Below are positions 13,791 to 23,795 of a stretch of 37,589 nucleotides of DNA, in pieces. The stretch's first letter is position 1. Each line of letters begins with the position of its first letter. The notes beneath the pieces were generated by a model. The model did no database searches and was not told the DNA's origin. It saw only the letters and a list, made by a program, of their open reading frames with translations. The stretch is from Basidiobolus meristosporus CBS 931.73 (Eukaryota > Fungi > Basidiobolomycota): NCBI GenBank assembly GCA_002104905.1, contig MCFE01000771.1, positions 1 to 37,589 of the forward strand. The letters run 5' to 3'. The position numbers and the translations under genes were made by a program.

Positions 13791-14561
13791 ATGAACCTTC
13801 CGAAGTATAGTTACCCCGTTCAAGGGATCTTCTACTTTTTCATGAATCCCTCAATATGGATGAAGTGCATATGGGCTTTACTGACCACTTTGTTGGTAGC
13901 CCTGTGCTCTCTTATTGGCTTTGGGTTTCTTATCAGTCCACAGGCGCACGGGTTAATCAGAGCCGGGTGCCCCGTATGGTTAGCCTGGGTAGTCAGCGTC
14001 ATTTTTTACCTTCTGGAAAGCCTGGTATTTGTACTTCTTTTCAGCCTTATCGCCCTGCCATTTTTTCAGGATAGTTTGTTCGACTATGTGTTGGTGTTAA
14101 GAGGGTACAAGCGCGTACTGGAGAATGAACACGCACATGCCTGTAGTCGAGGTTTTCGTGCCGGAATTGGCTATCTTTTGGTGCAAATCCTGCTTCTAGT
14201 CTTCAGTATACCCATCAACTTAATTCCGTTGGTTGGAACCTACTTTTTCTGCTACCTTAACGGCTTTGTTTTGGCGTGGGGGTATCAAATACACAATCAT
14301 ATTGATATCAAAGGGATGTCATTCTACGAGAGCAAGAGTTATGTATTTCGACACAAGCGTCAGTTCTCTGGGTTTGGGACCGTGGCTTTTGCGTTGGAAA
14401 TGATACCCTTGTTCAATTTCTTCTTTATATTCTCCAACACTATCGGGGCCGCTTTATGGGCAGCCGATGAGTACGCTAGTGCAGAAAGAAATCTTCCAAT
14501 ATCCGCCAACGATGCTCCACCAGCCAGCAATGTACAGGTTCCGCCAGAGCAAAATGTTTAA
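13791..14561 (+). CDS. EI24-domain (Rrt8/Lds/CysZ-like) membrane protein
   Basis: Intronless 256-aa ORF with YPVQGIFYF, several TM helices, LIPLVG, NG..LAW, FG..A..LEMIP, NTIGAALWA. Confidence 0.8.
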   Translation: MNLPKYSYPVQGIFYFFMNPSIWMKCIWALLTTLLVALCSLIGFGFLISPQAHGLIRAGCPVWLAWVVSVIFYLLESLVFVLLFSLIALPFFQDSLFDYVLVLRGYKRVLENEHAHACSRGFRAGIGYLLVQILLLVFSIPINLIPLVGTYFFCYLNGFVLAWGYQIHNHIDIKGMSFYESKSYVFRHKRQFSGFGTVAFALEMIPLFNFFFIFSNTIGAALWAADEYASAERNLPISANDAPPASNVQVPPEQNV

Positions 14562-14841
14562 TCCTTATCTTAACTACACAATTCCTCTCATCCCTCTATA
14601 ATTCATAACAACGCAAGTGCTCTGCCCTATCCAAAAATCTCAAAATCTAACTTATTGCTATATCATCTAGATATCGCGCCATTGCAATAAATGAATAGTA
14701 ATCCACGTGATGGTCGTTCCTATGGAATTTTCACGAAACATTTCATGTTTAGGCATTGAGATTAACTAAACAAATACAAAATCACCTCCATGGACCAGAC
14801 TCAAAGAGTTATTCAATACAAAGAACTAGAAAGCACTTAAC

Positions 14842-15842
14842 ATGCTTGATTCAGACGAGAATAAACCAAAGCAGCCATTACTTCTCAAAGGTCCAACCTG
14901 GCCAGCATTGGATTTCTTTCAATCTTCTGGACAACCAGATGAGACGAGAGCCAACCGTTTCTTGGTGAATGGAGTCCCGGTATACTTGGAAGAAAGTGGT
15001 AGAGAGGATGTCGAAGAACATACCAAACGTACAGCTTTTACTGTATGGGATTGTGTAAGTTGAGATAGGTCTAGAAATGGTCCTTTTTTGCCGAGCCTGG
15101 TTGACTTACCTCAGTACCGATAGAGTCTAGTTTTGGCAAAGTACTTGGAAAAGCAGAAAAATAGCCTCGATCTTGATTCGAAGCGTGTGCTTGAACTGGT
15201 ACCTTATGAGAACAGGGTTTCTTTTGTAGTTCGTTCGTTCTCATACTTTTCTAGGGTTCGGGCAAAGGTATAGTAGGGATATCGTCAGCGTTACTTGGTG
15301 CGAAAGAGGTACTTCTGACCGATGTGAGCGAGGTAGTCTCAAATTTGGAAAAAACAGTAGCTCTGAACAAATTGACCTCAACAGTTCGGGTGAAAGAATT
15401 GGATTGGACCGATCGGTAAGTTATCTTTGAAAAGAAAGGGCCAAAAAGCATTATGTAGTTTTTGATACTCAACCGCTTCACACCACTTCAAATCATTAGC
15501 TCACTTGTTTCGAGTTTTGAAAAATATGATCTAATCGTGGCAGCAGACGTGGTCTGGGTGGACTGGCTAATCGAGCCCTTGGTTGAAACTATATTCGGTA
15601 AGTAATTTTACAGAAACACAGCTTTTCCCGGTTTATTAAAAGCCAGCCCCTCTCCAGAATTAAGCACTCCGGATACAACCATCTTACTTGGGCATCTATC
15701 TCGCTCGTCTCGTGGGGATGAGCATCTTTTCCGTTGTTTGAAAGACAGAGGATTTGTGGTCACCAAGATACCTGCGTGGGAGTTGGATTATTTGTACAGC
15801 AAAGACGAGATCAATATCTACCATATAAAGTTGAGCCCATGA
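14842..15842 (+). CDS. METTL21-like protein-lysine methyltransferase (Methyltransf_16), 5 exons
   Basis: Spliced translation gives TVWDCSLVLAKYL, VLELGSGKGIVG, LTD, ELDW, DLIVAADVVW. Introns start at 15055, 15199, 15416 and 15598; stop at 15840-15842. Confidence 0.88.
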
Positions 15843-16645
15843 ATACAATTCAATAGAAACAGTCAAACAGTCCTGATTGGTAGTAGTGACCTACACAAGT
15901 AGAATGTATGCCCCAGTGCAGAATATATGCTCTAAGGGAGTGATATGTGGCAAGAATAGAAGTGCCACTAATATAGCAGAGAGCGATCCATGTCCAGACT
16001 GATGTTCACTCAATCAGTCGCAATGCATTAATTCCACTGAGCTACCATGACTGTAGTTGCGTTTATGCGATGATCCACCTGACTGCCTCCAACCACGAGA
16101 TGCTGATAAACAATGCGATGAAACTGACAATTTCAATTGTGGAGATTCAGCCTAATTGTCCACCCAAAGCCATGGGTTTCGTGAAAATTCAGGCCAATTG
16201 CCAACCTAAAGCCATTGACCTGTCAATGAGATCAATGGTCGATGGACGCATGGTTGATGAAACAAAAAGAGTGCGTAAATGCAAGGCCACGGTTGAAAAA
16301 TTCCTGCACATTCCCAACTTGGTATATAAGCATCCAGTGTCAGTCTAAACAGATCCACACGCCCCTCGTGGTGCTAAACAACTCATTTTGTCTGTTTAAA
16401 AGACTACTGGATACTTGTCCCACGGCATACACCTCTATACCATCCATATCTTCCTTAACTTTGCACCAGTGTCCACCTGTTTAGGACGTGATTCGTGCAC
16501 TCTACCCTGCTATAAGCCTGTATATACATTAACTCCCATTTGGGGATTGTTTATTTGTCCATTCGTAAGTGTAAGTGTGTAAAGAGCCAGATACCAAGCG
16601 GATTTCCATCCACCTGTTCACAAATATATATCCTCAACCTACACC

Positions 16646-17407
16646 ATGGTATACCTAGTGCACGGAGAGAGTCGGTTCACGCCCAAAAGCCTTGTTCTCT
16701 TCTCTTCGTGGAATAAGCCCAGCATTGACTGGAGCAGATACGACCAGGTCATCGAAAAGCTGGAGGTGACCGAGCAAGAAATGGAAGCGACCGTGGAGTT
16801 TTCCGGCCTGGTGGCCGATATGGTGACAAACCTGTGGAGTTTCCGCGATGCTCCCCAGTCTCGCACCCAGAGCCCTCAGGCTCAGAGCCGCCGGATGGAG
16901 ATGATCGAATTTGTCCAAAGGCTGCTGATCTTTACGGACGCTCCGTCCACAGTGGTGTTCGTGGGGCTGAATTATCTGTACCGACTGCGAACCTCGGGCA
17001 TCTTTACCGAGGATCCCGCGTGCGGATCTGAATATCGAGTGCTGGTAGTAGCACTGCTTGTCGCCAGCAAATATATTGAAGATCAATCCTACAGCAATCA
17101 GAGCTGGTCTGAGGTATCCGGATTCGATGCCGAGGAAGTGAACCTTATGGAACGAGAGTTTCTCACCGAACTCGACTGGAATCTGTGGATCTCCCCTGAG
17201 GAATACGAGGGCTGGATAGAAGGTATCGATCATTGGCTAGCCAAAGAGGAGTGGGAAAACGAAGGCACCGAGAGCGAAGCAGACAGCGAATTGGATTCCG
17301 AGTACGAGTGGCCACTAACACCGCACAGCCTAGATGCTGAGTGCCAAAAATTCACTCAGCTCTCACTGGCGCAAGAACTAAAGCTAAGCAACGATGGAAT
17401 GTATTAA
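16646..17407 (+). CDS. Pho80/Pcl-type cyclin
   Basis: Cyclin box VVFVGLNYLYRL, ALLVASKYIEDQSYSNQSWSEVSG, EVNLMEREFLTELDWNL; acidic tail. Confidence 0.9.
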   Translation: MVYLVHGESRFTPKSLVLFSSWNKPSIDWSRYDQVIEKLEVTEQEMEATVEFSGLVADMVTNLWSFRDAPQSRTQSPQAQSRRMEMIEFVQRLLIFTDAPSTVVFVGLNYLYRLRTSGIFTEDPACGSEYRVLVVALLVASKYIEDQSYSNQSWSEVSGFDAEEVNLMEREFLTELDWNLWISPEEYEGWIEGIDHWLAKEEWENEGTESEADSELDSEYEWPLTPHSLDAECQKFTQLSLAQELKLSNDGMY

Positions 17408-17714
17408 AGCGATAGACCATCAGTCACTCCTGCATCAACCACCAGAAATATTATTGACGTCTATTGGCTGAGCCCGTATATCCTTCACATCCCCATCTTT
17501 TTCGCGGCACTGTCCCCTGCATTTCATTGTGAGTAGTGGACGAGTGTCACTTTATTGTACCATCAATAAAAATATATATGAAAGGCCGGCACTCCCCCTT
17601 TTTCCAACGACAAAGGGGACAAAATTCGTCGAGACAAGGCACCAAAATATCTTACACAACAAGGTAGTACATGCGGTTGGCTCTATAGTGCATATCAACA
17701 AGGTGGGTGCATCC

Positions 17715-19115
17715 TCACACCACTCTGTGCTTCCGAAGGTAGTTCTGAACGAAGTCCGGAAACACGTTATCGTAGAGCAGCGAGAGGACCTGGTCCTTGG
17801 TGTTGTCGAAGACGTCCCAAGTGACCCGGCCGTTCTGCATCTGCTGAAAGACCGCAGCGTGCGCGGTGCTGGAGATGTTGATTTCTAGCAAGGCCCCGGG
17901 CTGGAGGTAGGTGCGGTAGAATTTGTGAAAACGGACCTGTAACTCGGTCGGGACCAGCTCGGCATCGGTGTACTTGCGGATGGTCAGCCCGATTCCGACG
18001 TGGGCCGGGGTAACGGCCGGCGGCCGGGATTTGAAGATGGAGATGGGCTTGGGTGGTATCAGAGGGGTCTCTACGGAGTTGTTTTTCATCCCCGACTGGG
18101 CGGACACGATGCAATACTGCTTCAGAAGCTGGAAGTCGTCGATGAAGCATGTGTTCTCACTGCACAGGTACCGTGCAGCGAAGTTTCGAAAGTGGTACAG
18201 CATCTCAGGGTTTTCAAAGATCCGGTGGAATTGCTCCGAGTCGTAGGCGGCGATGGTGCGTAGCTTTCTAGTGCGATAGGCCATCCCAATCAGCGGAAAG
18301 CCCACGGTGTTCAGGTGGGTGAGTAGCATAAAGAGCGTGATAAAATAATAGCTGGAGAAGGACGAGTTCAACTTCTCCTTCAGGATCAGTGTCCACACGA
18401 AGTACATCGGGTAAATACACAGGCCAAGAAACACGCAGGTGATCAGCTCGTTGCGAAGCCCGTAGGCGTCCTTGACGTTCCAAAAATAATAGATCACCCA
18501 GGGGCAACACACGAAGAGAAACACCCCAGTGATCCCAAAGAAGGGGAAGTAGTGCCAGCCAAAGCCGCAGAGCGTGTACTCATCAAAGCCAGGCTCCAGC
18601 ATTCTCACCAGTTGCATCGCCGATACTGCAGTAACAAGTATGAAGATAAACAGTGCAACCAGGTATGTCAGTCGCTTGTCTGTGACTCGCTCTTTGTTGT
18701 ATGCCTGACGCGAGATGTGCGAATGTCGGTAGCGTTCGTGTTCCAGCAATTCAAACGAGTTCTTGTCGTCGATAAACGTGTCCTGCAGTTGACTGTGAAC
18801 CTTGGCGGTGTTGAATCGTACCACCACCAACAGCTGAACCCCGCGGGCCATCAGCGAGAGGAAATACAACGCTGAGCCGAGGTAGGTTCCCCAGAGAACC
18901 AACGAGCAAGAAAAATCCATCCACCACATCAGTCGACAGTAGTAGGAACCGGAGATGATAAGGTTCCCGAAGGCGCCCAGTAGGATTAATCTGAGCGGCC
19001 GGTGGCTGAACTTCTGGTGGTGGTAGAGGTAGAGAATGGTGGTGATGAAAACTAGTACACAGTGGACTACAAGTGCAACACAGGCCAGGTTTTGTCCGAG
19101 GGTGGGGAACCCCAT
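17715..19115 (-). CDS. Seven-transmembrane protein with C-terminal RGS domain (GprK/AtRGS1-like architecture)
   Basis: From ATG 19115 (466 aa): seven hydrophobic segments, VKDAYGLRNEL loop, then RGS motifs IFENPEMLYHFRNFAARYLCSEN, FYRTYLQPGALLEINIS, FDNTKDQVLSLLYDNVFPDF. The ORF is open upstream to 19352. Confidence 0.88.
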   Translation of the reverse strand: MGFPTLGQNLACVALVVHCVLVFITTILYLYHHQKFSHRPLRLILLGAFGNLIISGSYYCRLMWWMDFSCSLVLWGTYLGSALYFLSLMARGVQLLVVVRFNTAKVHSQLQDTFIDDKNSFELLEHERYRHSHISRQAYNKERVTDKRLTYLVALFIFILVTAVSAMQLVRMLEPGFDEYTLCGFGWHYFPFFGITGVFLFVCCPWVIYYFWNVKDAYGLRNELITCVFLGLCIYPMYFVWTLILKEKLNSSFSSYYFITLFMLLTHLNTVGFPLIGMAYRTRKLRTIAAYDSEQFHRIFENPEMLYHFRNFAARYLCSENTCFIDDFQLLKQYCIVSAQSGMKNNSVETPLIPPKPISIFKSRPPAVTPAHVGIGLTIRKYTDAELVPTELQVRFHKFYRTYLQPGALLEINISSTAHAAVFQQMQNGRVTWDVFDNTKDQVLSLLYDNVFPDFVQNYLRKHRVV

Positions 19116-19688
19116 GTTAGGGGTTAGAGAAAGTCGGACAGAAAAGCGAGGGCGGAAATCATAGAGCCAGGTCAGGTATGCCGTTCGTCTTATATCAATG
19201 GGCTCACTTCCGTATTTGGCAGTGAACCTTCGGGGTCTGGCTGCAAATATAGGAGTGCTGGAATCGGAAGTCTGGGGAGGGAACCGACAGATAGGCAATT
19301 TAAGCTTATGGCTGGTTCCAAGGAAATCCATGATCACGCGTTTGAATGCCAACCCACACCCTACATGTTAGCCGACGCATGCTTGATGCTACGGAAATAT
19401 CCAGGCTGCTGTGCGGAAGTATGGGTGTGGTGTGTGGTGTGCAATGTGCAATGTGGTGATGGATCCCCCGTCCGTGGATCGATGCCTGTAATTTATTTTC
19501 CAATCTCCAAGTAACACACCCTCTCACCCACTTGTCTGTTCCAATAACTCCGTTGCACATCCTTGGCCGAGGCTCATCTATGCAGCATTCTTCATGAAGC
19601 TGGCTCACGTGCTATTTATTCCATATTTCGTCTATCAAAGAATAAAACAATCAAAAAATGCCTAATGTACAGGGTGGGGTTAGGGGAT

Positions 19689-22600
19689 CTATCGTCTGTC
19701 TCTGTCCAGCAACTTGCTCACGTATTCCTTCACAAATTTCTTGATCTTCGACCGAACCGATTCGTTCATTTCCCGCAGAACTCCCCTCTCGAAACTGGAG
19801 GCCCGCTTCTCCTTCTCCAGGAGGATGTGTGTGATCTAAAAGGGAGGTAATCTGTCAGTGCTTCGTGCGGCTGCCCACCCTATCCTGCTGAGATTACCTT
19901 CCGGGCTTGCTTTTTGAACACTTCGTGGCCAAGCTTTTCTTTATACTTGCTCAGGCATTTGATCACAATCTCCGAAATCTATCCAAGCCACTTAGTAAGC
20001 AATGCCTCAACGATCCTTCAGGAAGCCAAACTTACCCCACTCCGCAGATCCCTCAGCAGCTCTTCTTTGTCTTGGTAGACCTTCTCCTCGGGTTCACCGT
20101 TGGTGCTCGTGGCTGCGTTTGCGCTTGCGCTTGCACTTGCATTGAACTCTGCATCTTTTTTAAGTCTTTTTGCGTTTGCTCGCTCTATAATGGCATCGAT
20201 AGCGGATTGTGAAACCCCCTCGATATTGGCGGGTCTTTCGACAGGTAGTTCCCACTGTGTGGCCCGAGTCACGCTGTTGTAGTAATAGATCTTTCCATCG
20301 TCTGAGGTAGCCACGTGCCAGTTCATAGGTAGTACGGGTGCTGGTACGGGTACGGGTACGGGTACGGGAGGAGTGTTCGTGTGGTTGATGGCTGCCGATG
20401 ATGACGCTCTAGGGTCAATAGGGCTCCTCCCCACGTCCGACTCTGACACTGATGCACTCGACCCGTACGGGCTCCAGCCATTAGGGCTTCTTGAATGGAA
20501 TTGGCCTATGGAGGGATTCCGATTCAGATAATCCAGTTGCTTGGGCTTGGGCACGAAGCTGTCTCGGTATCGTGGTCGGTAAGGATCGTATTTGCGACAG
20601 GATCGATCGTATCCGGCATTGTCATTCCCGTTGGAGGACTTGTGAGAATCGTAACTAGTGTTCACTGCCAGAAATCGTTAATCGCCGGCCAATTCCGGGA
20701 ATCTAATGAACAAACGAGCTACCTTCGGGTGTAGCGACATTGTCCAAGTCGCCATTGTGCGAGGTAGCGGAGGAAGGGGAGTCTTTTTGGGAGGGCTGGG
20801 CGAAGTTAGGGCCAGATCGGGCTCTAGGAAACAGATGCAACTTACCGATCGCTTGATTTTGGGGATCTTGTAGACAGTTCGAAGAGAGCTCCAGTCCTGC
20901 AATATCTGGAACGAGTGAGACAGCGGTGCAAATGGACTGGCTGATTTCATGATCAGTACCTGTTCCGATAACTGGCGCACATGTGAATCCTCGCCATCGG
21001 CAAGTTTCTGGATGACTGCTTCAATCTGGCACTCATCCAGATGGTTGCGGTTGGCGATCGGCAGCCGCTTGAGGCACCTTAAAATCTGATGGAGGATTGA
21101 CAACACGTCCGTTATGCCTTTGTGCAGAGCCTCTTACCTGGAGGATTACTGCGGCGTCTGCTTTGTATTCACGCAGCCAGGATTTCAGCATGATGATCCC
21201 GTGGAGATGAATGAACTTTCGCAAACACAGGTGGGATTCAGTTTCCTGTAGAGAGGGCTGTCAGTTGTTGACCAACTCATACAAACGCTCCGGCACTGAC
21301 CTCGAGCTTCTTGAGCATTTTCTGAGCCAGCTGCGGCTTTTCGGATATCTGCAACATGAGCTTGACAAAATTGCATACATCCTCCACGGTGGTGAGTCCT
21401 TTGTTCCGCTGCGGCTGATTGGGAGTTAGTGCAGCTGCTCGGTGGCTCCGTACACCGAAGTGGGTTACCTGGTATTCATCGTAATAGTCTGGATCATTTT
21501 CCTTCACCTTCCGCTTGCGTCCAGGCTTGGCGGGCTTCTCAACTAACTCCCCCTCCCCCTCCGACTCCAGATCAAGAATGTCCACTGATGGTAGATCGTC
21601 AGCCCCAATCTAGCATAGCGCAAGTTGAAACATACCCTCATCATCGTCGATGCCGATTTCCTTGAGCTCGGACTTCTTGTTCCCCCCGATGTATCCTTTA
21701 CAGTTCGCCTCTCCGCAATAACACTTCTGCGCTACAGAACTGCTGGCCATTAGTGACTGACGGATGTCTGGCATATTGACTGGTCTTTACCCGTAACGCT
21801 CGAACTTGTAGTCGAAAGTCAACTCCTCTCCAGCAACAACGTTCCGGAGGGTGAATATCCCCATGCGGAGTTTCGAACCTACAATCCACTTCTGAAGAAT
21901 ACAGTTGGGGTTGCAGCTGTGGTTGATGAATCTCGCCAAGCAACCCATCTTCGTGGCATCAATGACCTAGGCAGAGTGTGAGTCGGCCATATCTCGAGGG
22001 ACCTTACTCGTCTGCTTACCTCGTCGGACTTCAAGCTCATGAAGTAAAAATGGGAAAGCCCCTGGTCGCTGTACTGCCGGGTTCGTTTCACAAAATTCGT
22101 GTAGGTCACCACTTCCCCGATATATTCCATGACCAACTGTCCCCTGTATCATGGGTGGTGCGAGTTAGTAATCGCGAATGCTCTGGGAAACAACAGCGAA
22201 GAGTAGATGTCGAACGTTTTAAGGTTTTCGGCTGCTTGCAATCCGAACCCCTTCTGAGGGGTTTTGATGACCTCCACTGGAGAATAATCCTTTCGCTGAA
22301 ACCTGTAAGGTCCATGAGATTAGCGCGCGGGAGTACATAGATACGTTGGTGGGGTGGGTACCGTTGATTCTGGCAGTACGAGCCGCATGGACAGTCGCCT
22401 GGAGTACACTCGATAAACAGCATTCGGTTGATACAATCGGAATTGGGCCCACAGGCTACTGACGGGTCGTCAATTTCTAGGCAAGTAACGTTTAGTACAA
22501 CCTAGTAAGGAAGCTACTTTGCGTGTGGGGTTCATACCGGGATTATATTTACATTGACAAGGCATATATTCCTCCTTTGTCACCGAGCCATGAGCACCGC

Positions 22601-23281
22601 GTCGGTAGATGTTATCCTCCAGGAACGTAAAAAGAGATCTGGCTTCATCAGCTGCGGTTTCGTAAATGGGTTCGTTTAGGGAGGTCGTGGGAGTGACGTG
22701 TCTAGAAAGGGGTGGCTGTGAAATGGGTGAAGAGGGATCTAATGTCGCGTCGGACAGCGCCGAATTGTTGTGTGGAATGCCATCAACCAAAGGATTGGTT
22801 TGTGTGTGGGGAGTAGGGAGGGTTTCTTGCAAAGTAGGCGAGCTCTGGACAGGTGTAGCTAGCTTGGACGTCTCGGTTATCGTGGGGTCCTCGGGTTTTG
22901 GGGTTTCGGTTTTTCCGGAGGAAGAGAACTCTGAATCTGACTTCGACTCCTCCCTTGGGGTCAGGATGGAAATCTCCGAGATGTCACGAACGACTATTGC
23001 GGGCAATGTGGAAGAAGACATGGTAAGAAAAATTACACAAGGGTCTGAATCACGCAACAAAGGCTAACCGTCACTAAGAGCAGGAGAGTTTAGCTTGTTA
23101 TCAGCATTGACAAGGCCAAGGGGCGGGCGTTCTATGGTCAAACGAACAGAATGTTAGAACCTTCCCTAGCTGAAGCGATAGGAGGAGTTGTACCGGCCAA
23201 GATCGAGGCGGGAGAATCGATGGCCATATCTAATGCTTCAGGGTGCGGAGAACGTCTCTCTTCAACAGGGCATTCCTCCAT
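19689..23281 (-). CDS. SET2: Histone H3K36 methyltransferase Set2 (AWS-SET-postSET, WW, SRI), about 13-14 exons
   Basis: Splicing gives [77 protein letters not shown] and [24 protein letters not shown]. The N-terminal start is uncertain (23281 or 23021). Confidence 0.95.
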
Positions 23282-23795
23282 TGTTTATCTTCATGAACTT
23301 GGTTCAAAAAAGGCACCACTTGTTTTCTGCTCCCTTGTGACTTGGGATCACGTGGGTAGTAGAGTGGAAGGGAAGCTTTCGTGATTTGATTGAGCAAGTT
23401 TGATTAAACAATGGTTAAACTGGCAGTGAAGTTTCTGGCATTTCACGCTTCACACTTCACACTCGTCTTGAAGAAACCTAGGGAATTTCCTGATTCGAGT
23501 TCATTATTGATTATCATAGGGCTGACACTGCTGACACCAGTTTTCTGAATAGAGTTAGCTGGACATAAACAAACACTGGATTCATTCAGTACATGAGAAT
23601 TCAGCGGTATTTTGCGCGTCATGGTTCGTGTTTTGATCAATTGTTTGTTTTTTCATCCATCAGCACATTGAATCGGCCTCACTCTCCTTTGATTACGACG
23701 TTTCTTCACACCACCACAACGGTTACATACATACAAGCAACACAGGGATTGTCAGTTCCATAAGCGCTCGTTTCCCAAACATATTTGTAACGAGA

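Noticed and set aside
19116-19352. 79-aa N-terminal extension of the 7TM-RGS ORF
   Set aside because: No recognisable features and it precedes a well-placed Met before TM1; more likely 5' UTR, though not excluded.
20333-20370. GGTACG hexamer tandem repeat
   Set aside because: It encodes an ordinary Pro-Val linker before the SET2 WW domain.
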